The notes beneath the pieces were generated by a model that did no database searches, had not been told where the DNA came from, and saw nothing but the letters and a program-made list of their open reading frames with translations. Below, in pieces: positions 7,158-15,875 of a DNA stretch of 50,019 nt. Made by a program: the position numbers and the translations under genes. Source of the DNA: a virus (taxonomy: Duplodnaviria; Heunggongvirae; Uroviricota; Caudoviricetes). Location of the stretch: the IMG/VR virus record IMGVR_UViG_3300047560_001314. One strand, given 5' to 3'. Within the stretch, counting starts at the first letter, position 1. Each line of letters opens with the position of its first letter.

Positions 7158-7794
7158 TTCAGACGGCAAAGTAGCATATATTTATAATCAGTCTAACGAT
7201 ACTTGGTATGCAATTAGTGGTGCAGTAAACACTAATGCTCCATATACTTGGACAGCCGATCAAACATTCTCTTCCGATGTAACATTTGATACAGTTGCAA
7301 CAGCAAAGGCTGGAGTAAATAATTTTCAAAATCCTATTGCAAGAGATACTGTTCTAACTTCTCCAACAAATGGACTTGTGTGTTTTGTTAGACAAGAAAA
7401 TGATGGAACAGTCATTAATCAAATTCAGTATTACCACAATGGTGAGTGGAGAAACTCTTTCGACTCAATGACCCCAGTAGACATCACTGCTGATTATACA
7501 ATTACAAAGAGTGATGCTGGAAAGACATTATTTATTACATCTTCGAGTCCAGTTACGATTACAATTCCTGCAAACAGTACAACAGCATTTGCAAAAAATC
7601 AAAAAATTGAGTTTATCCGAAATGGATCTGGAACAGTTACCTTTGCTGGAGAAGTTACAGTAGTAGGTCAGCCTTCTCCAGTTACAATTAATAGCAAGTT
7701 TTCAAACAAAAAAATTGCTGCACAGTATTCTGGTGCGGTACTTACTAAAAAAGATACAAATACCTGGCTACTCATTGGTGATTTGACGGCGTAG
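7144..7794 (+). CDS. Short fibre protein with C-terminal 'W..(I/Y)GDLTA' domain
   Basis: C-terminal ~90 aa visibly homologous to the C-terminus of 15876..17576. Confidence 0.75.
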   Translation: MATINSDGKVAYIYNQSNDTWYAISGAVNTNAPYTWTADQTFSSDVTFDTVATAKAGVNNFQNPIARDTVLTSPTNGLVCFVRQENDGTVINQIQYYHNGEWRNSFDSMTPVDITADYTITKSDAGKTLFITSSSPVTITIPANSTTAFAKNQKIEFIRNGSGTVTFAGEVTVVGQPSPVTINSKFSNKKIAAQYSGAVLTKKDTNTWLLIGDLTA

Positions 7795-7801
7795 GTTTGA
7801 G

Positions 7802-9208
7802 ATGCTAAATTTTGGGTTCTCGGCATCAAAGGGTATGGTAAGGGTACCAGACCTTTCAGGATTATCAAAAGAAGATGCTATTCTAGCAATTGCAGCAGCA
7901 AGTCTGATATATGTTGACGGAGGCTCTACAGGAACAAGTAATTCTTCTTTGGATAATATAGTTGCTTCACAACTACCAAATGCAGATGAACTTGTTGATT
8001 ATGAAACCGATGTAACATTTATTTACTATGATTATGTTGGTGTCACACCAGTAACTCCAGTTACCCCAGTTACACCTGTTACACCTGTTACTCCAGTAAC
8101 TCCTGCAACTACTGTATATTGGTCGACAGGCTGTTGTAGCACAGCAAACACTCAAGTAACAGGAACAAGCAATGTAAGTCTTGCAAATGCACAAGACAAC
8201 ATGGACTCATTTTGTGTTACAGGGACAATATCTAACATTCAGACTGGATCTTACACAGGCACATCAAATATACCGACGCTAGACTGTTCAGTTCAAGTTA
8301 CACCAGTCACTCCAGTAGACACTACACCAAATTGGGTTGAAAGTTATAGCGAGTACCGTGCAGCATGCTGTGGAGTTGTTACAATCTATGTAGATAATAA
8401 CCCAAATTCAGCAACCTACAATACAGAAAAATACAATCCTTGTTCAAATGGATGGACATACAACGATCCATGTCCAGTTACTCCAGTTACACCAGTAACT
8501 CCTGTAACTCCAGTTACGCCTACACCAGTTTGTACTCCAACAACATATACAGAAAATAGAATTTGTAATGGCATCTCTACTCCAGTAACAATTACTGTGG
8601 CAGCAGACTGTACAGAAACTTACGATTGTCCGCCTGTATCAGTTACTCCAGTTACACCAGTAACTCCTGTAACTCCAGTTACGCCTACGCCAGTTTGTAC
8701 TCCAACAACTTACACAGAGAACAGAATTTGTAATGGAACATCTACATCTGTTACAATTACTGTAGCAGCAGATTGTTCTGAGACATGGGATTGCCCACCA
8801 GCACCTGTAACTCCTGCAGTAACACCTGTAACTCCTGCAGTAACACCTGTAACTCCTGCAGTAACACCTGTAACTCCTGCAGTAACACCTGTAACACCAT
8901 GTACTCCAAATGTTTCAAGTTATAATGAATATAGAGCAGCATGCGGAACTACTGTAACTATTTATGTTGACTCTTGTGGAAATGAGACATATACTTGTCC
9001 TGTAACTCCAGCAGTAACTCCAGCAGTAACTCCAGCAGTAACTCCAGCAGTAACTCCAGCAGTAACTCCAGCAGTAACTCCAGCAGTTACACCTCCATCC
9101 TGTACAGTTGGTGCTATTTGTGAAACTGCTACAAATCCAGAAAATTGCATTGTTTTCTACACCTACGACAGTTCCTGCCAGTGTGTACAGGCATCAACCT
9201 ATTGCTAG
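7802..9208 (+). CDS. PASTA-domain, VTP-repeat, Cys-rich protein (mucin-like putative virion surface protein)
   Basis: N-terminal VPDLSGLS...VASQLPNA...V PASTA pattern; VTP/VTPA tandem repeats; duplicated Cys modules. Confidence 0.75.
   Translation: MLNFGFSASKGMVRVPDLSGLSKEDAILAIAAASLIYVDGGSTGTSNSSLDNIVASQLPNADELVDYETDVTFIYYDYVGVTPVTPVTPVTPVTPVTPVTPATTVYWSTGCCSTANTQVTGTSNVSLANAQDNMDSFCVTGTISNIQTGSYTGTSNIPTLDCSVQVTPVTPVDTTPNWVESYSEYRAACCGVVTIYVDNNPNSATYNTEKYNPCSNGWTYNDPCPVTPVTPVTPVTPVTPTPVCTPTTYTENRICNGISTPVTITVAADCTETYDCPPVSVTPVTPVTPVTPVTPTPVCTPTTYTENRICNGTSTSVTITVAADCSETWDCPPAPVTPAVTPVTPAVTPVTPAVTPVTPAVTPVTPCTPNVSSYNEYRAACGTTVTIYVDSCGNETYTCPVTPAVTPAVTPAVTPAVTPAVTPAVTPAVTPPSCTVGAICETATNPENCIVFYTYDSSCQCVQASTYC
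8804..8887 (+). repeat. 21-bp tandem repeat x4 (PVTPAVT)
   Basis: CCTGTAACTCCTGCAGTAACA, four perfect copies. Confidence 0.95.
9002..9085 (+). repeat. 12-bp tandem repeat x7 (VTPA)
   Basis: GTAACTCCAGCA, seven perfect copies. Confidence 0.95.
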
Positions 9209-9244
9209 TTTGAATATGATATACTTTATAAAAAGGAGAAAAAA

Positions 9245-9448
9245 ATGCCAATTGTAAAATTTGCGGTAGTTGTTGGAAATGATGTTGCTGGTACAGTATC
9301 ATTTGATGATTCTAATAACGGTGAAACTGCTCAGAGATTTATTGCTGCATATAGGTCAAACCCAGTAATGGTAGAAACATCCAATCAGGATGTTATGCAT
9401 GGATGGACATGGGACGGAACTAACTTTATTGAGCCACAGGGTGCATAA
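9245..9448 (+). CDS. 67-aa protein, possible fibre assembly/accessory factor
   Basis: AAGGAG RBS; ends GWTWDGTNFIEP, a pattern seen in small fibre-adjacent proteins. Confidence 0.7.
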   Translation: MPIVKFAVVVGNDVAGTVSFDDSNNGETAQRFIAAYRSNPVMVETSNQDVMHGWTWDGTNFIEPQGA

Positions 9449-9681
9449 TGTCTGCAACCCCTTGGGAACAGTATAAGAAAAATCTTGGAGAAACAAGACC
9501 TTGGGATGTGGTTAACCCTAATACAGAGTGGGTTGACGATGCAAAGTCACTAGAAAGATTTAGCATATGTCAGGCTTGCCCAGAATTTGTTAAACTAACA
9601 ACCCAGTGCAAGAAGTGTGGGTGCTTTATGAAAATAAAAACAAAGTTAGAAAAAGCAACTTGCCCAATAGGAAAATGGTAA
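9448..9681 (+). CDS. Cys-rich small protein (DUF6171-like)
   Basis: CQACPEF...CKKCGCFMKIK...CPIGKW; paralog of 2578..2772. Confidence 0.8.
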   Translation: MSATPWEQYKKNLGETRPWDVVNPNTEWVDDAKSLERFSICQACPEFVKLTTQCKKCGCFMKIKTKLEKATCPIGKW

Positions 9682-10277
9682 TGAATAAAAAAGAACTGGC
9701 TCCAGGTATAGTGGTATATTCTGACGTAATAGATGAATATAAGACCTTGGTTCAAGATATTGAAGAAGGGGCCCTGAGTGCACAAAAGCAATGGGTTCAA
9801 TCTTCCATAAGGGGTGCAGACGGCGTAAAGGTTGATACAGAATATAGAGACACGCAATCAATAGGAGTTTCTTATACACCATCTCCTATAGAAGATTTTT
9901 CTACAATGGATCAAGCATTTAATGTAACTCTCTCTAACATGTTTTTATTGGGTTTTGGTCCAGCAGAGGCAGACTATAAGGCAGAGTACCGATTTGATAC
10001 AACCTGGCATGATCAGTACAGCATATTAAAATATGGCATAGGCCAAAAGTTTGTTAATCACATTGATGATCACACAGAGTACCACAGAAGAATGTCATTA
10101 GTTTATTATATTAACGATGACTACCTTGGTGGAGAGATACTATTTCCAAGATTTGATATATCATATAAGCCTAAAGCAAACGAACTCCTAATATTCCCAT
10201 CAGGGTATACCTATAATCACTCAGTCCTTCCAGTAACTGAAGGAATTCGATATGCGGTAGTAAGTTGGTTAAGATGA
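9681..10277 (+). CDS. 2OG-Fe(II) oxygenase, prolyl-4-hydroxylase-like
   Basis: HID...YINDDYLGGEILFP...H...RY motifs; start moved to the TAATG-coupled ATG 9681. Confidence 0.9.
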   Translation: MNKKELAPGIVVYSDVIDEYKTLVQDIEEGALSAQKQWVQSSIRGADGVKVDTEYRDTQSIGVSYTPSPIEDFSTMDQAFNVTLSNMFLLGFGPAEADYKAEYRFDTTWHDQYSILKYGIGQKFVNHIDDHTEYHRRMSLVYYINDDYLGGEILFPRFDISYKPKANELLIFPSGYTYNHSVLPVTEGIRYAVVSWLR

Positions 10278-10849
10278 CCATAGATATGAAGATGGTAGAG
10301 CAAGCAATTGCTGAAAACAGAATTCATATATTTAAAAACCCATTTCCAAGCCTTCCATCTTTAGACACATTGTTATCAATGGTATCTCAATATGTAGATG
10401 AAGACCTTGAAAGATTTCCAGAGAGGTCCTATCTCTTAAGTGATTTTGTTGAAGGCGAATCCTCTGACATGAGATTAAAGTGTAGGTTTTGGTCAAGAAT
10501 GGCCTTTCAACTTTTTGACCCACAGGACCCATATCTTAAAATTATTCCAGAACTTGCGCCAGTGACCGAGTGGGGGCTTTCGCAGTACCCAGCAAATATC
10601 TATGATGGAAACTTTTGCCTGATATCACTTATGAAAAATCGAGGGGTTGTTGGAAGCAAGCACAGAGATTATGTAGATCAGTTCCAGTGGGTTGTTAAGG
10701 GTGAGATGATCTGGCGTACTGGTGAAAATCTTGAAAACGAGTATCATGTTGTAGAGGGTGACTTTATATTTGTTCCTAAAAATTTGGCCCATGAAGTAGA
10801 GACTGTCAAAGCCCCTAGAGCAGCCATTAATTTAATTTTGAGAAACTAA
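10274..10849 (+). CDS. JmjC/cupin-4-like 2OG oxygenase
   Basis: HRDYVDQFQWVVKGEMIW...GDFIFVPKNLAHEV; ATGA overlap. Confidence 0.8.
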   Translation: MTIDMKMVEQAIAENRIHIFKNPFPSLPSLDTLLSMVSQYVDEDLERFPERSYLLSDFVEGESSDMRLKCRFWSRMAFQLFDPQDPYLKIIPELAPVTEWGLSQYPANIYDGNFCLISLMKNRGVVGSKHRDYVDQFQWVVKGEMIWRTGENLENEYHVVEGDFIFVPKNLAHEVETVKAPRAAINLILRN

Positions 10850-10850
10850 A

Positions 10851-10884
10851 AAGCACCTACAAGAACTTAGCCTTATAGGTGCTT
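10851..10884. terminator. Bidirectional terminator between convergent genes
   Basis: AAGCACCTACAAG / CTTATAGGTGCTT stem with A- and T-rich flanks. Confidence 0.75.
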
Positions 10885-10896
10885 CTTAGTATTTTT

Positions 10897-11448
10897 TTAG
10901 TTAGGAAATTGGCTCATCCAGTATTTTGTCTTTGGAGTTAGACCATGCCATGAAGACCAATCCTTGCCACCATCAGACATATGAAATGCAATCTGTGCAT
11001 TGATTACTGGGTTTAATAGGTCAGAGTTTGTAACAAGTTCAAACTTGTCACGACGGTCTGGACCAAGCATACCGATCATATTGATTTGAAATAAGCCCCA
11101 AGAATTATCCCCAGTCTTAGCGTTAGGGTTTAGTCTAATTGGCTGTCCATTAGTCTCTTTCTTTGCTACTGCCCAAGCCTCTACAAGGTTAGATCCTCTG
11201 AAGCCAACTAGGTATAGAAGTTCTTTTAGTTCTAGATTGGTAAGAGTTCCCTTATTTTCAAAACTCTTTAATTTTTCCTCCTTAGAAACCAAAAAAACCT
11301 CTTGCGAGGTGGTTATCACGGTCTGAGCCTGTTCGGGTTTAGTATTGTTGAATTCAGCAGCATTAGCACTGTTAGAAAATACAGCGAATATTGCTACTGT
11401 GCTGAGTGTGCTAATGATCTCTTTGTTTCTTTCGATAAATTTAATCAT
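10897..11448 (-). CDS. Secreted lytic transglycosylase (SLT/lysozyme-like)
   Basis: Signal-peptide-like N-terminus ending ANA; AVAKKET (catalytic Glu) and SWGLFQIN; start at ATG 11448 with AAGGAGG RBS. Confidence 0.8.
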   Translation of the reverse strand: MIKFIERNKEIISTLSTVAIFAVFSNSANAAEFNNTKPEQAQTVITTSQEVFLVSKEEKLKSFENKGTLTNLELKELLYLVGFRGSNLVEAWAVAKKETNGQPIRLNPNAKTGDNSWGLFQINMIGMLGPDRRDKFELVTNSDLLNPVINAQIAFHMSDGGKDWSSWHGLTPKTKYWMSQFPN

Positions 11449-11553
11449 AGTTTCCTCCTTAGAAAACAATGACACCCTGGTAGGTGTCTTAACTAAGTAT
11501 AACATAATTTTCAACCCAATGTCAAGTTATAGGGATGGTATAATAAATACACT

Positions 11554-12075
11554 ATGGCTACAGGAAATACAGGCGACGGACTATTTAATTTACCATTCCC
11601 AGTTGCAGACGACCCAGTAAATGTACATGGGGATATTGAGTCATTAGTTCAAAGATTATTAGTGATTCTGCCACCACTGGGATTATCTCAGTTTCAGTTG
11701 GGGGTAATCAATAAAAGTGGATCATCTATTCCAGCAGGTACTCCAGTATATGCTTCAGGCTTTGATAATGATTCATCAAAAACAGAGGTATCTAAAGCAC
11801 TTCCAGAAACTGAGAATCCAATTCTAGGATTAGCAAAAACATCAATAGCCAATGACTCAGAGGGAATTGTAGTCGTTGCAGGTGTTATGGAAAATATCAA
11901 TACATCTGGATTTAATCATGGAGATGTTCTTTATGTTGGACCATCTGGAGGATTGTCTACAACTCCGTCAGGAGGAGCAGTTGGTGTTGTTGCTCATGCA
12001 GCAGCATCTGGCGTTATTATTGTTGAAGCAAAAGGAAACGGAACTTGGGGGGCACTTAAGGCTGGACTAGCCTAA
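11554..12075 (+). CDS. Virion accessory protein (N-terminal LPFP..DP.NV.GDI motif; C-terminal cement-like beta domain)
   Basis: ORF track; TGGTATAAT promoter upstream. Confidence 0.65.
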   Translation: MATGNTGDGLFNLPFPVADDPVNVHGDIESLVQRLLVILPPLGLSQFQLGVINKSGSSIPAGTPVYASGFDNDSSKTEVSKALPETENPILGLAKTSIANDSEGIVVVAGVMENINTSGFNHGDVLYVGPSGGLSTTPSGGAVGVVAHAAASGVIIVEAKGNGTWGALKAGLA

Positions 12076-12093
12076 TAGTGATATAATAATCTA

Positions 12094-12498
12094 ATGGCAA
12101 CTTTACGAGGACAATCATCAACATTTGATTTAGGAAATAAACCACCATTAGGTGTTTGGAATGTTGTCCGTGGAGATACTTCTGGATTTAAAGTTTATGC
12201 TACAGATGATGCAAAGATTGCATTAAATATTCCAGACTGGACAATTTCAATGAAGATCAAGCGTCCTAATAGTGTTGCTAATCTTGGAGTAATTACAGAT
12301 GACGCAAGTGTTATCTTGACATTAACTCCTGCTCCAGATTTAAATGATGGACCTGGAGAATTCACTGTATGGTTAACAGCCGAGGAATCTGTACAACTTG
12401 AAACAGGAGACATCTTCGATATTCAGTTATCTGATGCTACAAGAGTCTGGACAGTTTGCCAGGGCAGCATGAAGATTCTTGAAGATGTAACAGATTAA
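12094..12498 (+). CDS. Virion accessory beta-sandwich protein ('RGD' family paralog)
   Basis: WNVVRGDT shared with 4136..4522. Confidence 0.7.
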   Translation: MATLRGQSSTFDLGNKPPLGVWNVVRGDTSGFKVYATDDAKIALNIPDWTISMKIKRPNSVANLGVITDDASVILTLTPAPDLNDGPGEFTVWLTAEESVQLETGDIFDIQLSDATRVWTVCQGSMKILEDVTD

Positions 12499-12719
12499 TG
12501 GCTACAGCAGTAATCACAGATTATAAGCATAACAAACTTGCCAACATATACCCAGTTGACTACCCATTAATTGAAATTACTGAGAAGTTGCCATCTGTTG
12601 TATTGATGGACACATTACCTTTTAGGGTTAGGTTTACAAATATTCAGATTGAGTCTGTATCTTCAAACTTTCCAGCAATTCCATTTCAGATTATTGGATA
12701 CAGTAACTACATTCTTTAA
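12498..12719 (+). CDS. 73-aa hypothetical protein
   Basis: ORF track; TAATG coupling. Confidence 0.7.
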   Translation: MATAVITDYKHNKLANIYPVDYPLIEITEKLPSVVLMDTLPFRVRFTNIQIESVSSNFPAIPFQIIGYSNYIL

Positions 12720-12751
12720 TAGTTTAATTAAATGTGTGTTATAATTACCAC

Positions 12752-13198
12752 ATGGCTAAAATATCAATTCCAGGAGTCAAATCACTATTTCAATCTGGTG
12801 ATAGACCATCTCAAGAAAATTACGAAGACCTCATTGATACGCTGTCAGCACAATCAACAGATTTAGGCACAGCAGGTAACAATGAAAATACAATCACAGG
12901 TATTGAGAACTTAACTGTTATTGATAACTTTGATGCCACCCTTTGGCGTATGGTGAAGTATATTATTTCAATATCAAAAACTTCAGCAGGGGATAATAAA
13001 TTCTACGCAACTGAAATGACAATTCTCGTTGACGGTGCAGATGTATCAGTCAGCGAATATGGAACAATCGACAATGATGGGAATATTGGCACCATTAATG
13101 TCTCTCGCACTGGAAATACAGTGGCTTTAACAGTCACTCCAGATCCTGCGATCAAGCCAGTCACTGTGCGTTTTGCACGTATGGGACTTAAGGCATAA
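12752..13198 (+). CDS. Virion protein with 'KY...TE...DG...SEYG' beta domain
   Basis: Domain homologous to the C-terminus of 13218..15296; leaderless ATG 6 nt after TGTTATAAT. Confidence 0.7.
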   Translation: MAKISIPGVKSLFQSGDRPSQENYEDLIDTLSAQSTDLGTAGNNENTITGIENLTVIDNFDATLWRMVKYIISISKTSAGDNKFYATEMTILVDGADVSVSEYGTIDNDGNIGTINVSRTGNTVALTVTPDPAIKPVTVRFARMGLKA

Positions 13199-13217
13199 AT
13201 AAAAGGAGATATAAAAA

Positions 13218-15296
13218 ATGGCAACAGTAAATAAAGATTTTAAGATTAAGAGTGGCCTTATCGTTGAGGGTACATCTGCTACAGTTAACGGTAATCAAGT
13301 TCTTACAGAAAATGCATCAGATCAATACATCATTGATTTGATTGGTGGACAAACACTCATTACTTCCGTTGAAGCAACACAGATGGAAGTTATCAATGGT
13401 GAACTAAATGTTAAGTCTGGAGTATTTGATGCAGACGGTGCAGCAGCACAGGCACTTACAGATGCTAACTCTTACACAGACGGTGAAATTATTACAGCAC
13501 TTAACACTGCTCAGGGATATGCAGATACAGCAGAGGCTGACGCAAAGTCATATGCTGATGGTCTTGCTACCAACTACGATCCAGCAGGTTCTGCTACAAC
13601 AGCAGAAAACAATGCAAAATCTTACGCTGACGGTCTAGCATCAAACTACGATCCAGCAGGTTCTGCTACAACAGCAGAAAACAATGCAAAATCTTACGCT
13701 GACGGTCTAGCATCAAACTACGATCCAGCAGGCGCAGCAGATACAGCATATAACAATGCAGTATCAGCAGCAGCACAAGATGCTACAACAAAGGCTAATA
13801 ACGCTGAGTCAAATGCAAATGCTTACACAGATGGTGAAATTACTACTGCTCTTACCACAGCACAGGGGTACGCAGATACAGCAGAAGCAAATGCTAATGC
13901 ATACACAGATAATGCTGTCTCTGGTCTCAACTGGAAGCAAGCAGTAAATCTTCTCTACGATGCAGCAATTCCAGTACTATCTGGCTCTGGCGCAACACAA
14001 CTTGCTGTTGATGGACACACAGTGCTTGGAGATGCAGATAGCGGATATAGACTTCTTCTTACTGGTGTAACAAGCCCTGGTATCTATGTTTACAATAGCA
14101 CAGGTGGATCTTGGACACTTACTCGTACCGAAGATGCAGATACATTTGAGGAACTTGTCGGAGCAGCAGTTTATGTTATGGAAGGAACTCAGTATGGCTC
14201 AACCTCTTGGGTTCAGTCAAATCACTACCTAACTGGTTTCTCAGGACAGACATGGACACAGTTCTCAGGTCAAGGTTCCATAACAGCAGGTTCAGGTATC
14301 ACAGTAGACGGTCTTGAAGTTTCTATTAACCGTACAACTGTTGATAACTGGTACGATGCAGCAGGAGATGCAGCAGATGCTCAAGCAGCAGCAGAAGCAT
14401 ACGCTGACAGCCTTGCCCCTAACTATGACCCAGCAGGATCTGCTCAAGGTGCATATAACAACGCAGTTACATATGTAGATGGCGAAATCACAACAGCACT
14501 TAATACTGCTCAAGGTTACGCCGATACAGCAGAACAAGATGCTAAGAACTATGCAGATGCATTAATTGTTGATGGTTCAGCAAGCACAACAACTGTTTGG
14601 TCATCATATAAGACAAGCACAGAAATTGGACTTGCAGAGTCTAATGCTAACGATTACACAGATACATCAATCAATAACCTTGATACAGATGATATTGAAG
14701 AAGGTGTAAATAACCTCTACTTCACAGATAGCCGTGCATCAAACGCAGCAGCAACACTTTTAACAAATGCATCAACAACAAATATTACTATCACAGGTGA
14801 TTCAGTTAATGGTCTTGTTATTACTGCAGAAAATGGTGTAGCAGATTCTACAACTGATGATCTCGATGAGGGTTCAACAAACCTCTACTTCACAGAACCT
14901 CGTGTTCTTACTGCAGTATCTGGAAGTGACATCACACCAGCATCAGTAGAAATCAGCAACTACCGCAAGGAAGAAGCAACACAGCAATATGTTGCATCAG
15001 CCTCAACTGTAAATGTTCACTCATTTGCATACCCTTACGAATCAGTTAAGTATCTTGTTCGTGTAGTTGGTTGGGATGGTGGAGTTAAGCACTCACAGAT
15101 TACAGAAATTCTTATGACGATTGATGGAAATGGAAACATTGCTATATCTGAATACGGAATGGTTCATACATCTACAGCACCACTTGCAACATTCTCAGCA
15201 ACAGTCAACAATACACTTCCAACACTTACTGCAACAACAGCAGTTTCTGGTTGTGAGATTGTTGCAGCAGCAACAATGCTCTCTTGGGCAGACTAA
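13218..15296 (+). CDS. Long tail fibre-like protein with A(K/E)xYAD coiled-coil repeats
   Basis: 692 aa; AAGGAG RBS; NYDPAG and YAD repeats; DDxxEGxxNLYFT repeats. Confidence 0.8.
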   Translation: MATVNKDFKIKSGLIVEGTSATVNGNQVLTENASDQYIIDLIGGQTLITSVEATQMEVINGELNVKSGVFDADGAAAQALTDANSYTDGEIITALNTAQGYADTAEADAKSYADGLATNYDPAGSATTAENNAKSYADGLASNYDPAGSATTAENNAKSYADGLASNYDPAGAADTAYNNAVSAAAQDATTKANNAESNANAYTDGEITTALTTAQGYADTAEANANAYTDNAVSGLNWKQAVNLLYDAAIPVLSGSGATQLAVDGHTVLGDADSGYRLLLTGVTSPGIYVYNSTGGSWTLTRTEDADTFEELVGAAVYVMEGTQYGSTSWVQSNHYLTGFSGQTWTQFSGQGSITAGSGITVDGLEVSINRTTVDNWYDAAGDAADAQAAAEAYADSLAPNYDPAGSAQGAYNNAVTYVDGEITTALNTAQGYADTAEQDAKNYADALIVDGSASTTTVWSSYKTSTEIGLAESNANDYTDTSINNLDTDDIEEGVNNLYFTDSRASNAAATLLTNASTTNITITGDSVNGLVITAENGVADSTTDDLDEGSTNLYFTEPRVLTAVSGSDITPASVEISNYRKEEATQQYVASASTVNVHSFAYPYESVKYLVRVVGWDGGVKHSQITEILMTIDGNGNIAISEYGMVHTSTAPLATFSATVNNTLPTLTATTAVSGCEIVAAATMLSWAD
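13572..13732 (+). repeat. 72-bp perfect tandem duplication (24 aa, NYDPAGSATTAENNAKSYADGLAS) x2 plus partial
   Basis: Copies start at 13572, 13644 and 13716. Confidence 0.9.
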
Positions 15297-15310
15297 TTAA
15301 ATAAAGGTTA

Positions 15311-15333
15311 GGGGGATCCTTTCAAAATCCCCC
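15311..15333 (+). terminator. Stem-loop GGGGGAT-N9-ATCCCCC
   Basis: Perfect 7-bp GC-rich stem just after the fibre gene. Confidence 0.55.
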
Positions 15334-15362
15334 ATATTAAAAGTGGTAAAGAGGAGAAATAA

Positions 15363-15821
15363 ATGGCAACAGTAGAAAAAGACTTTAAGGTCAAAAATGG
15401 CTTAGTCGTTACAAATGGCGGTACATTCGGAGATTCTGTATCTGTAGGAGAGCCAACATTAGACGGACACGCTACTACTAAACTCTATGTGGATAACCTA
15501 GTTGGTTCATCTACAATGACAGTAGGATCTACTGCCCCTTCTTCACCAGCAAATGGCCAACTATGGCTTGATACAGTAACAGAAAGAGTTTATTTTTTCT
15601 ATCAAACAGCATGGCTACCATTGGCAACTTTGGCAGATGCTGAAACATTACAGAACCACATCCACGATACATCAATTGATGGAAACGGTTTAATAGTCAG
15701 CGTTATTGTTGATGCTGGCTTCTATAATTCTGCAGGTGTTCTAACAGATGCTGGTACATACGACCTAACATCTTGGAATACTCTATGGGATGGTGGAATT
15801 GCAATAGATAACTTCAACTAA
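15363..15821 (+). CDS. Fibre-related virion protein
   Basis: N-terminus MATVEKDFKVKNGL matches MATVNKDFKIKSGL of 13218; APSSPANGQLWLD linker. Confidence 0.75.
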   Translation: MATVEKDFKVKNGLVVTNGGTFGDSVSVGEPTLDGHATTKLYVDNLVGSSTMTVGSTAPSSPANGQLWLDTVTERVYFFYQTAWLPLATLADAETLQNHIHDTSIDGNGLIVSVIVDAGFYNSAGVLTDAGTYDLTSWNTLWDGGIAIDNFN

Positions 15822-15875
15822 AATGATGTTATAATAAGATAAGTAATGGGCAGCACCCATAAGGAGATATAAAAT

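Noticed and set aside
8476-9085. Tandem repeats considered as a CRISPR or DGR-type array
   Set aside because: No unique spacers; repeats are in-frame coding units; no cas or reverse transcriptase gene
8757-9150. LQELQVL- and VTAG-repeat ORFs
   Set aside because: Alternative frames of the VTPA tandem repeats
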